Part shown: piece by piece, positions 21,113-31,034 of the stretch | Layout of the letters: the number at the start of each line of letters is the position of its first letter | How positions within the stretch are numbered: position 1 is the first letter of the stretch | Source: Candidatus Blautia gallistercoris | GTDB lineage: Bacteria > Bacillota > Clostridia > Lachnospirales > Lachnospiraceae | Direction: 5' to 3' | NCBI GenBank assembly: GCA_019114705.1 | Contig: DXEX01000189.1 | Coordinates: 1-54,121, forward strand | DNA length: 54,121 bases | Position numbers and translations under genes: made by a program | The notes under the pieces: generated by a model | Databases searched by the model: none | Seen by the model: only the letters and a program-made list of their open reading frames with translations | Told to the model about the DNA's origin: nothing

Positions 21113-21781
21113 ATGTATAAGATTCTGATCGTGGAAGATGATTTTGTAATAGCGGGGACAGTTGCATCGCAGCTGTCCTCCTGGGGGTATCAGGTGGAAT
21201 ATGTAAAGGATTTCCAGAATGTCCTCCAGCATTTCATCAGTTTTGAACCCCAGCTGGTGCTTCTGGATCTGGCTCTTCCCTTTTATAATGGATTTCACTG
21301 GTGTGAGGAGATCCGGAAAATTTCGCAGGTCCCCATTGTATTTCTTTCTTCGGCGGCCGATAACATGAATATGGTCATGGCCATGAGCAGAGGAGCGGAT
21401 GATTTTATTGCAAAGCCGTTTGACAGCGGTGTGCTGGTGGCAAAGGTCCAGGCGATCATGCGCCGGGCCTATTCTTTTGGAAATTCCGGCAGTGTGCTGG
21501 AATACAAAGACGCGATCCTGAACCTGGGCAGCACGACTCTGTCCTACCAGGGACAGACGCTGGAACTGACCAAGAATGATTTCAGGATTCTGCAGATTCT
21601 GTTCGAAAATCATGGAAAGGTGGTCTCACGGGAGGCTATCATGACAAAACTCTGGGAGAATGACAGTTTTATCGACGATAATACGCTGACGGTGAATATG
21701 ACCCGGCTGCGCAGGAAGCTGGAGTCCATTGGGCTGAAAGATTTCATTATTACAAAAAAAGGAATGGGCTATCTGATCTGA
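21113..21781 (+). CDS. OmpR-family response regulator, BceR/GraR-like
   Basis: ILIVEDD, LDLALP, GADDFIAKPF, DDNTLTVNMTRLR. Confidence 0.93.
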   Translation: MYKILIVEDDFVIAGTVASQLSSWGYQVEYVKDFQNVLQHFISFEPQLVLLDLALPFYNGFHWCEEIRKISQVPIVFLSSAADNMNMVMAMSRGADDFIAKPFDSGVLVAKVQAIMRRAYSFGNSGSVLEYKDAILNLGSTTLSYQGQTLELTKNDFRILQILFENHGKVVSREAIMTKLWENDSFIDDNTLTVNMTRLRRKLESIGLKDFIITKKGMGYLI

Positions 21782-21841
21782 AGGAAAGCGGATCTGACCG
21801 GCAGCCGGAGAACAAAGGCAGAAAGATGAAAGGAAAAAGAT

Positions 21842-22843
21842 ATGCCGAGACTTTGGAAAGATGAATGGAAGCGAATGCGGAAACCCGCAGGGATACTGAC
21901 CGGTTATCTGCTGATCTTTACCGTTGTTCTTTATCTGTATGGACTTCCCCTGGAACCTCTGACCTACGGGGTGCTGCTGGCTCTTCTACTGGCGGCGGTG
22001 TGGGGCGGACTGGATTTTCTGTTCTATTTGCGCAGATACGAAAAGCTGCAGAAACTGAAGGGAGAACTGGAAGGCGATCTGAAAGAGATCCCCTGCCCGG
22101 AGAACCGGGTGGAGCAGGAATATCAGGAAATGCTGCTGCATCTTTACGAGAGCCGGCAGGAGATAGAGAAGCGTCTGAATGCCGGGTACGAAGAAATGAT
22201 GGAGTATTATACGATCTGGGTACACCAGATCAAAACGCCCATTGCGGCCATGCGGCTTCTGATCCAGAAGGAAGACAGTACGGACGCCAGGGCCATGGAG
22301 CTGGAACTGTTCAAAATTGAGCAGTATGTGGAGATGGTCCTTGGATATCTGCGAACGGAAGACATGTCCAGAGATCTGGAGATCCGGGAATACGAGCTGG
22401 ATCATATGATACGGCAGGCAGTAAAAAAATATGCCAAGATGTTTATCCTGAATAAGATTTCCCTGCAGTATGAACCGGTGAACTGTACGGTGATCACCGA
22501 TGAGAAATGGCTGGTATTCGCCTTGGAGCAGATCCTGTCCAATGCTTTGAAATATACCCGTCCGGGCGGAACAGTTTCTATATATATGGAAGAAGGAAAA
22601 GAGAAAACTCTGGTGATCGCGGATACCGGAATAGGGATCGCGCCCGAAGATCTGCCCAGGGTCTGGGAAAAAGGCTTTACCGGCCGAAACGGCCGGCTGG
22701 ATAAACGGGCCACAGGCATTGGGCTATACTCGGTCAAGAGGGTCATGGACCGTCTGCGTCATGAGATTTACCTTACGTCCCGGGTGGGAAAGGGAACGCA
22801 GGTGCATATAAAACTGAATCGAAAAAAACTGGACCTGATGTAA
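21842..22843 (+). CDS. Intramembrane-sensing histidine kinase, BceS/GraS-like
   Basis: Two close N-terminal TM helices, WVHQIKTP H-box, QILSNALKY, DTGIGI, GIGLY. Confidence 0.93.
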   Translation: MPRLWKDEWKRMRKPAGILTGYLLIFTVVLYLYGLPLEPLTYGVLLALLLAAVWGGLDFLFYLRRYEKLQKLKGELEGDLKEIPCPENRVEQEYQEMLLHLYESRQEIEKRLNAGYEEMMEYYTIWVHQIKTPIAAMRLLIQKEDSTDARAMELELFKIEQYVEMVLGYLRTEDMSRDLEIREYELDHMIRQAVKKYAKMFILNKISLQYEPVNCTVITDEKWLVFALEQILSNALKYTRPGGTVSIYMEEGKEKTLVIADTGIGIAPEDLPRVWEKGFTGRNGRLDKRATGIGLYSVKRVMDRLRHEIYLTSRVGKGTQVHIKLNRKKLDLM

Positions 22844-22925
22844 GGGCAAGTGAAAACATCCTGCAGGATACCAGGAGGATAAAGTGCCAGGCTTTTCTTA
22901 CGGTGACGCCTGTCATTTTTTGATC

Positions 22926-22999
22926 CTTACAGGAATGTAAGACAGAAAGGGGAAATGTAAGCCAAAGTTATGGCAGACATTTCCCTCTTTTTTTATACT
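22926..22999 (+). promoter_or_regulatory. BceR-type activated promoter of the ABC transporter
   Basis: CTTACA-GGAA-TGTAAG (22926-22941), second TGTAAG half-site at 22956, TATACT -10 at 22994; fits the TNACA-N4-TGTAA BceR-like site. Confidence 0.85.
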
Positions 23000-23103
23000 G
23001 GTATCAGAAAGAGCGAGGGGCCGGACGGAGGACGATTTCTGCAGAGCAGGAATGGTTCCGGAATGCCGGCGCCAGAGAAATGAGACAACAAGGAGGAGTA
23101 CAG

Positions 23104-23871
23104 ATGTCTTTGCTGGAAGTATCAAACGTAAAAAAGATATATACCACCCGTTTTGGGGGGAATAAAGTGCAGGCCCTTTCAAATGTAAGTTTTACAGTGG
23201 AGCAGGGAGAGTATGTGGCTATTATGGGAGAATCCGGATCCGGAAAGACTACGCTGCTGAATATCCTGGCATCGCTGGATAAACCCACGTCCGGAGAAGT
23301 TCTGTTGGACGGAAAAAGTGTGGTAAAGATCAGGGATTCGGAAATTTCTTCTTTCCGCAGAAAAAATCTGGGGTTTGTATTCCAGGATTTTAACCTGCTG
23401 GATACGTTTAGTATCCGGGATAATATTTATCTTCCGCTGGTACTTGCCAGAATGGATTATCGGGAAATGGAGCAGAGGATCCGTCCCATTACCCAGCAGC
23501 TGGGGATTGTGGATATTCTGGAAAAATACCCCTATGAAGTTTCAGGGGGACAGAAACAGAGAGCTGCAGTGGCCCGGGCGCTGATCACGGAGCCAAAGCT
23601 GGTATTGGCAGATGAGCCCACCGGTGCGCTGGATTCCAGAGCGGCAGGACAGCTGCTGGATATTTTTTCCGAGATCAACGGAGAAGGACAGACGATTCTC
23701 ATGGTAACCCACAGTACCATGGCGGCCAGCCGGGCTAACCGGATCCTGTTTATCAAGGATGGAGAGCTGTTCCATCAGATTTACCGGGGCGATATGAGCA
23801 ACAATGAACTGTATCAGATGATTTCTGATACGCTGACAATGCTGGCGACAGGTGGTGATCACAATGCGTAA
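23104..23871 (+). CDS. BceA-like ABC transporter ATP-binding protein
   Basis: GESGSGKT, VSGGQKQR, LADEPTGALD; AGGAGG RBS. Confidence 0.95.
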   Translation: MSLLEVSNVKKIYTTRFGGNKVQALSNVSFTVEQGEYVAIMGESGSGKTTLLNILASLDKPTSGEVLLDGKSVVKIRDSEISSFRRKNLGFVFQDFNLLDTFSIRDNIYLPLVLARMDYREMEQRIRPITQQLGIVDILEKYPYEVSGGQKQRAAVARALITEPKLVLADEPTGALDSRAAGQLLDIFSEINGEGQTILMVTHSTMAASRANRILFIKDGELFHQIYRGDMSNNELYQMISDTLTMLATGGDHNA

Positions 23872-25897
23872 ATTTTTCTATCCGAAACTGGCGGCCATGA
23901 ATATCTGGAAGAACCGGAGGGTATATGTGCCGTATATCCTGACCTGTATCTGCAATATCGCCATGTTTTATATGATGTTCTATATGAATGCGAACCCGGA
24001 TCTGACCACAGTGCCGGGCAGCGAGGTACTGGCCACGATCATGTTTCTGGGCGTGGTGGTCATGGGAATTTTTTCTCTGATCTTCCTGTGCTACAGCAAC
24101 AGTTTTCTGATCAAACGGCGGAAAAAAGAATTCGGTCTGTATAACGTTCTGGGAATGGAAAAACGGCACATCCGCTGGACTTTGTGCTGGGAAATGGCTT
24201 ATGTGATTGTAATCAGTTATGTGGTAGGTTTTGCGCTGGGAATTCTGGGAAGCAAGCTGCTCTTCCTGTTTCTGTTGAAATTGTTGGAGGTGCCGGCGCA
24301 GTTTGGATTCATTATTTCCGGAGAAGCCATGTCCGGTACCTGTTTCTGGTTCCTGGGCATTTTTATCCTGACGCTGCTGCTGGATATGTGGCAGATCCAT
24401 CTGGCAAGTCCGGTGGAACTTCTCCGGGGCGGCAACGCCGGTGAGAAAGAACCAAAGGCAAAATGGCTTCTGGCGCTGATTGGGATGATCTGTCTGGGAA
24501 GCGGATATTATATTGCTGTAAGCACCACCAATCCGCTGGATGCGCTTCTGTTGTTTTTTGTGGCGGTGATTCTGGTCATGATCGGTACCTACTGCCTGTT
24601 TACGGCAGGAAGTATTGCTGTGCTGAAGATGCTGCGGTGGAATAAGAAATTTTATTATCAGACCCGGCATTTTACCAGTATTTCTGGTATGATCTACCGA
24701 ATGAAGCAAAATGCCGTAGGGCTGGCAAATGTATGTATCCTCAGCACCGGCGTGCTGATTATGATCTCCGGAACCGTATCCATGTATGCCGGTATGGGTG
24801 ATATCATGAATACCCGGTATCCCCATGATGTGGAATATACCGTACAGGGCAGCGGAAAAGAAAATTTTGGTGCAGCCGTGGAAGACCGCATTGTCAGCAG
24901 TGCGCAGGAAGCGGGGATCGAGATCAGAAGTCTGAATAGCTACAACAGTCTGTCTTTCTCCACAGTGGGCAGCGACGGAAATCTGGAACTGCTGGATTAC
25001 AGCAGCCAGGCCATTGGAAGCATCAATGCAGCGGATCTGGTTACTGTGGCGGCCATGACCCTGGAAGATTATAACCGGATCATGGGAGAAGATAAGACCC
25101 TGGGTGGAGAGAACGAGATTCTGCTCTATCCTGTAAAGGGAAGCGGAGATCTGGATACGCTGACGATTTACGGGAAAGAATATCAGGTAAAGGAAGTGAT
25201 AGACTCATGCCCTTACGTGGGAGAAATGAGTACGTATGTGGGCGGCGGCTATTACATTGTTGTGAAAGACATGGCGCAGCTGGAAGAACTGGAAGCTCTG
25301 GAGACCGCAGTATACGGAGATATGGCAAGCCATGTGGAGCGGGTAGTGCAGGCTGATCTGGAAGGAACTGCGGAAGAAAAGGAAGCGTTCGAAACATCGC
25401 TGAATGGGGAAATTGATGCCATGAGCGCGGAGCAGTTTTCTCAGGAGACCGATCTGTCCTACCGGGCAGATATGAAACAGATGGAATACCAGAGCTTCTA
25501 TGCACTGTACGGCGGGCTGTTCTTCCTGGGGATTTTCCTTGGAGTCCTGTTTTTGATGGGCACCACGCTGATCATTTATTACAAACAGGTATCCGAGGGA
25601 TATGATGACAGAGAACGGTTCGAGATCATGCAGAAAGTGGGAATGAGCAAGAAAGAAGTACGCCAGTCCATTAAAAGCCAGGTGCTTATGGTATTTTTCC
25701 TGCCTCTTCTGATGGCCTGGATGCATATTGCCTTTGCATTCCCCATGATCACGCGGATGCTGTCTGCGCTGAATATGTATAATGTACAGCTGTTTGCCCT
25801 GTGCACGGTGGTTACTGCCGCTGTGTTCGCGCTGGTATACGCAGCGATTTACGGTGTTACGGCCCGAACATATTATAAAATCGTGGAAGGTATCTGA
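23864..25897 (+). CDS. BceB-like (FtsX-family) ABC permease with large extracellular domain
   Basis: NSFLIKRRKKEFGLYNVLGM, about 10 TM helices, long hydrophilic loop, IYYKQVSEG. Confidence 0.93.
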   Translation: MRKFFYPKLAAMNIWKNRRVYVPYILTCICNIAMFYMMFYMNANPDLTTVPGSEVLATIMFLGVVVMGIFSLIFLCYSNSFLIKRRKKEFGLYNVLGMEKRHIRWTLCWEMAYVIVISYVVGFALGILGSKLLFLFLLKLLEVPAQFGFIISGEAMSGTCFWFLGIFILTLLLDMWQIHLASPVELLRGGNAGEKEPKAKWLLALIGMICLGSGYYIAVSTTNPLDALLLFFVAVILVMIGTYCLFTAGSIAVLKMLRWNKKFYYQTRHFTSISGMIYRMKQNAVGLANVCILSTGVLIMISGTVSMYAGMGDIMNTRYPHDVEYTVQGSGKENFGAAVEDRIVSSAQEAGIEIRSLNSYNSLSFSTVGSDGNLELLDYSSQAIGSINAADLVTVAAMTLEDYNRIMGEDKTLGGENEILLYPVKGSGDLDTLTIYGKEYQVKEVIDSCPYVGEMSTYVGGGYYIVVKDMAQLEELEALETAVYGDMASHVERVVQADLEGTAEEKEAFETSLNGEIDAMSAEQFSQETDLSYRADMKQMEYQSFYALYGGLFFLGIFLGVLFLMGTTLIIYYKQVSEGYDDRERFEIMQKVGMSKKEVRQSIKSQVLMVFFLPLLMAWMHIAFAFPMITRMLSALNMYNVQLFALCTVVTAAVFALVYAAIYGVTARTYYKIVEGI

Positions 25898-26034
25898 AGA
25901 AATCAAAAAGAGAGTTTCGTTATAGTAATTGAAGAAACATTTGAAGTTTCAGAAAAAAATCAGGGGACGATCACAGGCGCCGGTTCCCATATAAATGACA
26001 GAATTGGAAGAGACTGCGAAAGGAGCGGGAGTTT

Positions 26035-26256
26035 ATGGGAAAAGTGCGCAGATTTGCAGAAAGTGTGGCGATCATGGGACTCTGGTGCGCCGTTACTGCA
26101 GTTACCGGATGCAGTGTGGAAGAAGTGAACAGAACCTGTCAGGAAACAGTGGCGGTGATGGAAGACTGCGGCATCCAGGTGCCGGAATTTCTGACAGCAG
26201 AAGTGCTGCCGGAAGGGGTTGGAGTTCTGTGGCAGGAACTGGCGGCGAGAGGTTGA
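26035..26256 (+). CDS. Small putative lipoprotein, unknown function
   Basis: RBS-like GGGAG/AGGAG upstream, basic N-terminus, hydrophobic stretch and VTGC lipobox-like motif; no family recognised. Confidence 0.45.
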   Translation: MGKVRRFAESVAIMGLWCAVTAVTGCSVEEVNRTCQETVAVMEDCGIQVPEFLTAEVLPEGVGVLWQELAARG

Positions 26257-26304
26257 CAAAAAGGAAAACCATTGGTACGCTAAAGGGAAGCCGGAGGGTA
26301 TACA

Positions 26305-28203
26305 ATGGAGAAACATGCCAAAGAGTTAGAAAAGGAAAAAAGTCTGCTGATGAAGATCCAGGATACGGTGATTCAGTATGTCGATATTATTTCAAAAGTT
26401 TCAAGGGTCGATGTGGAGGTTGTAGACAAGAATCTGTTCCGTGTGGCCGGCACGGGAATGTTCAGCGGGAAAGTCAATGAAGATATGTCTTCAGAGGGAT
26501 ATGTCTATAATCAGGTACTGAAAACCGGCAGGCGCCAGGTTATCTATGAACCGGGGGAAGAACTGATCTGTCATTCCTGCCCCCAGCGCAATGTCTGTCA
26601 GGAAGAGATTGAGATTTCCATGCCGGTGCGTCTGGGTACCGAGATTATCGGGATCATCGGGGTAGTAGGAAGCACCAGAGAACAAAAAGAGAGGATTCTG
26701 GAGGATGAATTGCTCTATATGGACTTTTTGGAGCAGATCACGGCGTTTATCGCCGCCAAGGCCAAGGAATATGTGGAACTGGAAAACAAGAACGCCATGC
26801 TGAGCACCCTGGACTGCACCATTGAGCATATTGATCAGGGGATTATGATCCTGGGGAATGATCATGTGGTGACCACTGCCAATGCAGCAGCGAAAAAGCA
26901 GCTGGAACTGGAGCATTTGGAGGGGAGTCTGGTACAGATTTCTCCTACGGGAGATCATCTGAATCACCTGATCGAATATAAAATGAAGCTTCGGGATCAG
27001 AAGTTTTTTGTTATGGGGCATATGTATGATCTGCCGAATCCAACGAAACGTTATTCTGTGGTGGTTGTTTTCGAGAGCAGCCGGAACCTCCAGAAAAAAT
27101 ATTATGAAATGACTTCTACGGTGCATACCCTGGACAGCAACAGTATTATTGGAAGCAGTCCCCAGACTTTGCGTCTGAAGGAAGAGATTCTGAAAGTGGC
27201 ACAGACTGCTTCTACGGTACTGATCACAGGCGAGAGCGGCACCGGAAAGGAAATGGTGGCTACAGCCATCTGGAATGCCAGTGAGCGCAGGAAGGGGCGC
27301 TTTGTGGCAATTAACTGTGCGGCGATTCCGGAAGCATTGCTGGAATCAGAACTTTTTGGTTACGTAAAAGGGGCTTTTACCGGTGCGGATCCCAATGGAA
27401 GGATCGGAAAATTTGAACTGGCCAATCATGGCGTGATTTTTCTGGATGAGATTGGCGATATGCCATTGTATCTCCAGGCAAAGCTGCTGCGGGTCCTGCA
27501 GGAAAGAAAGATTATCCGGATCGGTTCCAACCAGGTAATACCGATAGATGTGCGGATACTGGCGGCCACGAACAAAAATCTGATGGAAATGATAAAAGAA
27601 AAAAGATTTCGGGAAGATCTTTATTATCGTTTGAATGTTATTCCCATGGAGTTGTCGCCTTTGCGGGAACGGCCGGAAGATATTGAGGAACTGGCTGTCT
27701 TTTTTGCGGAGCGGTATGCCAGATTGCTGAAGAAGCATTTCTGGAAGATCACAGAGTCTGTCATGGAGCAGCTGAAAGCCTATCGATGGGATGGGAATGT
27801 ACGGGAGCTGGAAAACATGATGGAATTTATGGTCAACATGATGGGTGAAGATGGCATTATGGATGAGGAGACTCTTCCGGATACCCTGCGCCGGGAAGTG
27901 CCGGAAAAAAATGCTGTGCATACAGAAAGCACGGCGGCATATGCGGGGGATTCCTCTGTATATGCGGAAAGTGGCGCAGACGGGCAGCACACAGAACGTA
28001 CGGAGAAGGGAGTCGGGATTTTGCCCGGGACACCGGTAGAAGATGACATAGTTCCGTTAAAAGAACTGGAGCGAAAAGAGATCGAAAAGGCCATCCGTCT
28101 TTGCGGAAATACCACAAAGGGGAAGAAAGAAGCGGCAAAGCAGCTGGGAATCGGACTGGCTACCCTGTATCGGAAGCTGGAAGAGCAGGAAAAAAGTCAG
28201 TAA
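26305..28203 (+). CDS. Sigma-54-dependent enhancer-binding activator (GAF/PAS-like input, AAA+, Fis HTH), YgeV-like
   Basis: [61 protein letters not shown]. Confidence 0.95.
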   Translation: MEKHAKELEKEKSLLMKIQDTVIQYVDIISKVSRVDVEVVDKNLFRVAGTGMFSGKVNEDMSSEGYVYNQVLKTGRRQVIYEPGEELICHSCPQRNVCQEEIEISMPVRLGTEIIGIIGVVGSTREQKERILEDELLYMDFLEQITAFIAAKAKEYVELENKNAMLSTLDCTIEHIDQGIMILGNDHVVTTANAAAKKQLELEHLEGSLVQISPTGDHLNHLIEYKMKLRDQKFFVMGHMYDLPNPTKRYSVVVVFESSRNLQKKYYEMTSTVHTLDSNSIIGSSPQTLRLKEEILKVAQTASTVLITGESGTGKEMVATAIWNASERRKGRFVAINCAAIPEALLESELFGYVKGAFTGADPNGRIGKFELANHGVIFLDEIGDMPLYLQAKLLRVLQERKIIRIGSNQVIPIDVRILAATNKNLMEMIKEKRFREDLYYRLNVIPMELSPLRERPEDIEELAVFFAERYARLLKKHFWKITESVMEQLKAYRWDGNVRELENMMEFMVNMMGEDGIMDEETLPDTLRREVPEKNAVHTESTAAYAGDSSVYAESGADGQHTERTEKGVGILPGTPVEDDIVPLKELERKEIEKAIRLCGNTTKGKKEAAKQLGIGLATLYRKLEEQEKSQ

Positions 28204-28261
28204 TTCTCAAAATAAGAATTATGAATTTCTCGAAATGAGAATAATTCTCAAAATAAGAATT
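28201..28261. promoter_or_regulatory. Three palindromic TTCTC-N5/6-(G)AGAA sites, probable upstream activating sequences
   Basis: TTCTCAAAATAAGAA 28204, TTCTCGAAATGAGAA 28227, TTCTCAAAATAAGAA 28245; about 150-200 bp upstream of the -24/-12 promoter. Confidence 0.75.
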
Positions 28262-28290
28262 CTGCAAAGCAGAAAAAACGGAGAGGAAAA

Positions 28291-28341
28291 GCGAATTGTA
28301 TCGCCGAAATTGGATTTGCGGTGAACAATTCGCCTTTTTTT
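28291..28341 (+). terminator. Intrinsic terminator of the activator gene
   Basis: GCGAATTGT..ACAATTCGC stem followed by CTTTTTTT. Confidence 0.75.
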
Positions 28342-28408
28342 GTGCGTTTCAGACAAAAAATAAATGTGAAAACAGCAATTTAACTAAAAAAAGTAAAGAT
28401 GAGAAATG

Positions 28409-28425
28409 TGGGAACAGAACTTGCA
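28409..28425 (+). promoter_or_regulatory. Sigma-54 (-24/-12) promoter of the dpaL operon
   Basis: TGGGAACAGAACTTGCA: GG(28411-12)-N10-GC(28423-24) with TTGCA, 47 bp before the dpaL start. Confidence 0.8.
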
Positions 28426-28471
28426 ATATATAAGGGCAAAGGAAACAGAAGTCAATGAAAGGGAGATAAGG

Positions 28472-29674
28472 ATGAAAGAAGAATTTAAGTTGGTAACGAG
28501 AGAACACAAGGAAGAGCCCGTTTGTGATCTGTCTTTTTTAAGCCAGAGCGAAGCCGAAAAAATTCGTAATTTCCATAAGAGCTTTCCGGTGTATCAGCCA
28601 ACACCGCTGGCACACCTGCCTGAGACAGCAAAATGTCTTGGACTCGGCGATGTCTATGTAAAGGACGAATCTTATCGCTTTGGACTGAATGCATTTAAGG
28701 TATTGGGCGGAAGCTATGCCATTGGAAATTACCTGGCTGGAAGATTGGGTAAGAGTATTGAAGAAGTTGATTATCAGACACTGATTTCTGAAGAAACGAG
28801 AGAAAAACTGGGAGATATTACTTTTGTTACAGCTACAGATGGAAATCATGGAAGAGGAGTTGCATGGACTGTCAATCAGTTTAAGCAGAAATCTGTAGTT
28901 TATATGCCGAAGGGAAGCGCGCAGGAACGTTTGGAAAATATCCGGGCGGAAGGTGCACAGGCAAGCATTACCGATCTGAATTACGATGAGGCCGTTCGGC
29001 TGGCAAACAGCCAGGCAGAGCAGAAGGGATGGGTGATGGTGCAGGATACTGCATGGGAAGGATATGAAGACATTCCCACATGGATCATGCAGGGATACGG
29101 AACTATGGGGCTGGAAGCTTATGAGCAGATTCCGGAAAAACCCACTCACATTTTCCTGCAGGCAGGAGTTGGGTCCATGGCTGGAGCAGTGACCGGTTTA
29201 TTCTCATCTATTTATGGTAAGGACCGTCCGGTGATCACCATTGTGGAGCCGAATAAAGCCGATTGTCTGTATCGGACAGCCGAAGCCAATGACGGTCAGC
29301 GCCATTTTGTAACGGGAGATATGGATACGATCATGGCCGGACTGGCATGCGGCGAACCCTGCAGCATCGGATGGAATATTCTTTCAGACTATGCAGATCA
29401 TTTTATTTCCTGTCCGGATTATTCGGCGGCAAAGGGAATGCGGATCCTGGGGAATCCGGCTGGGAATGATCAGAAGGTAGTATCCGGAGAAAGCGGCGCA
29501 GCAGCCTTCGGATGTGTGGCCGAAATCATGACGAATCCGGAGCTGGCCCATATCAAAGAGAAACTGGGACTGGATGAGAATTCAAAAGTGCTGTTCTTCA
29601 GCACCGAGGGCGACACCGACAGGGAAAACTATAAAGCGATTGTATGGGATGGAAAATATCCCAGTGTAAAATAA
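28472..29674 (+). CDS. dpaL: Diaminopropionate ammonia-lyase (PLP)
   Basis: KDESYRFGLNAFKVLGG (PLP Lys), TATDGNHGRG, QDTAWEGY, QAGVGS, TIMAGLACGEP, STEGDTD. Confidence 0.95.
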   Translation: MKEEFKLVTREHKEEPVCDLSFLSQSEAEKIRNFHKSFPVYQPTPLAHLPETAKCLGLGDVYVKDESYRFGLNAFKVLGGSYAIGNYLAGRLGKSIEEVDYQTLISEETREKLGDITFVTATDGNHGRGVAWTVNQFKQKSVVYMPKGSAQERLENIRAEGAQASITDLNYDEAVRLANSQAEQKGWVMVQDTAWEGYEDIPTWIMQGYGTMGLEAYEQIPEKPTHIFLQAGVGSMAGAVTGLFSSIYGKDRPVITIVEPNKADCLYRTAEANDGQRHFVTGDMDTIMAGLACGEPCSIGWNILSDYADHFISCPDYSAAKGMRILGNPAGNDQKVVSGESGAAAFGCVAEIMTNPELAHIKEKLGLDENSKVLFFSTEGDTDRENYKAIVWDGKYPSVK

Positions 29675-29786
29675 AAACAGAGATAAGGGAAAACGCGGTT
29701 CAGAGAGAAACAGGGGAAGCGCTTCAAATCCCGCAAAAGTATGAGGAAACAGTGTGGCAGAAAGCTGCGCGGAACAGGAGGAGAAT

Positions 29787-30971
29787 ATGTTAAGTAAAGA
29801 GAGACAGGATCAGGTAGTTGCGTTGTGCCAGAAGCTGGTGCAGCAGCAGAGTTATTCCGGACATGAGGACGGAGTAGTAAGTGTTCTTCAGGAAACACTG
29901 AAGGCAGAAGGATTCGACTCTGTAACGGTGGACAAGTATGGAAACATCATCGGATGTATCAAGGGAAACCGTCCGGGAAAGAAAATCTTATTCGACGGAC
30001 ACATTGATACCGTTCCGGTAACGGATGAGACCGAATGGATGTATCCGCCTTTTGCAGCTGAGATCCACGATGAGAAGATCTACGGACGCGGGACCAGTGA
30101 CATGAAGGGTGCAGTTGCAGGATTTGTAACAGCAGCAGCCGCTTTTGCAAAAGACACAGACAGAGATTTCGCCGGAGAGATCTATGTGGCAGGTGTCGTA
30201 CATGAGGAATGTTTTGAAGGCGTTGCAGCCAGAGAAATCAGCAAAGCGGTAAATCCAGATTATGTGGTGATCGGTGAAGCTTCCCAGTTAAATATCAAGA
30301 TCGGCCAGAGAGGACGCGGAGAGATCGTTGTAGAAACTTTCGGAAAGCCCTGTCATTCGGCTAATCCGGAAAAAGGCATTAACGCAGTGTACAAAATGGC
30401 AAAGGTGATCGAAGCCATCCGCACTCTGGAGCCAACCCATCATCCGGTGCTGGGAGATGGAATCCTGGAGCTTACAGACATTAAATCTTCTCCATACCCC
30501 GGAGCATCGGTTGTTCCGGAATACTGCCGGGCAACCTACGACAGACGTCTTCTGGTTGGAGAGACAAAGGAAAGTGTACTGGAGCCTATTCAGAAACTGC
30601 TGGATCAGCTGATGGCAGAAGATCCGCAGATGAAAGTAAAGGTTTCCTATGCAACAGGAAAAGAACTGTGTCATACAGGCAATGAGATCACTGGTGAGCG
30701 CTTCTTCCCAGGCTGGCTGTACGATGAGAACGATGCTTTCGTGCAGGACGTAAAGAAAGAACTGGAGGGCATGGGTTATACACCGGAGATCACACAGTAT
30801 AATTTCTGCACCAATGGAAGTCATTACGCAGGCGAGGCTAAGATCAAGACTTTCGGCCTTGGACCGTCCAAAGAAAATCTGGCTCACACTGTGAACGAAT
30901 ATATTGAAATTGACCAGCTCGTAAAGGTAACCGACTGCTATTACGGCGTCATGAAAGCGCTTCTGAAGTAA
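29787..30971 (+). CDS. M20-family metallohydrolase, YgeY-like
   Basis: DGHIDTVP, GRGTSDMKG, HEE, GEAS, GQRGR, AHTVNE; directly after dpaL as in ygeX-ygeY. Confidence 0.88.
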   Translation: MLSKERQDQVVALCQKLVQQQSYSGHEDGVVSVLQETLKAEGFDSVTVDKYGNIIGCIKGNRPGKKILFDGHIDTVPVTDETEWMYPPFAAEIHDEKIYGRGTSDMKGAVAGFVTAAAAFAKDTDRDFAGEIYVAGVVHEECFEGVAAREISKAVNPDYVVIGEASQLNIKIGQRGRGEIVVETFGKPCHSANPEKGINAVYKMAKVIEAIRTLEPTHHPVLGDGILELTDIKSSPYPGASVVPEYCRATYDRRLLVGETKESVLEPIQKLLDQLMAEDPQMKVKVSYATGKELCHTGNEITGERFFPGWLYDENDAFVQDVKKELEGMGYTPEITQYNFCTNGSHYAGEAKIKTFGLGPSKENLAHTVNEYIEIDQLVKVTDCYYGVMKALLK

Positions 30972-31034
30972 CAGTCAGACCAGAGAGAAAAAAGAAAGGA
31001 AGGCGGGATAGAATCCCGCCGGAGGGGTACAGAT

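Noticed and set aside
25995-26480. 161-aa ORF overlapping the activator start
   Set aside because: It overlaps the activator and the small lipoprotein candidate in another frame and has no recognisable motif.
28406-28471. N-terminal extension of DpaL in the ORF track
   Set aside because: It overlaps the -24/-12 promoter; GGGAG supports ATG 28472.
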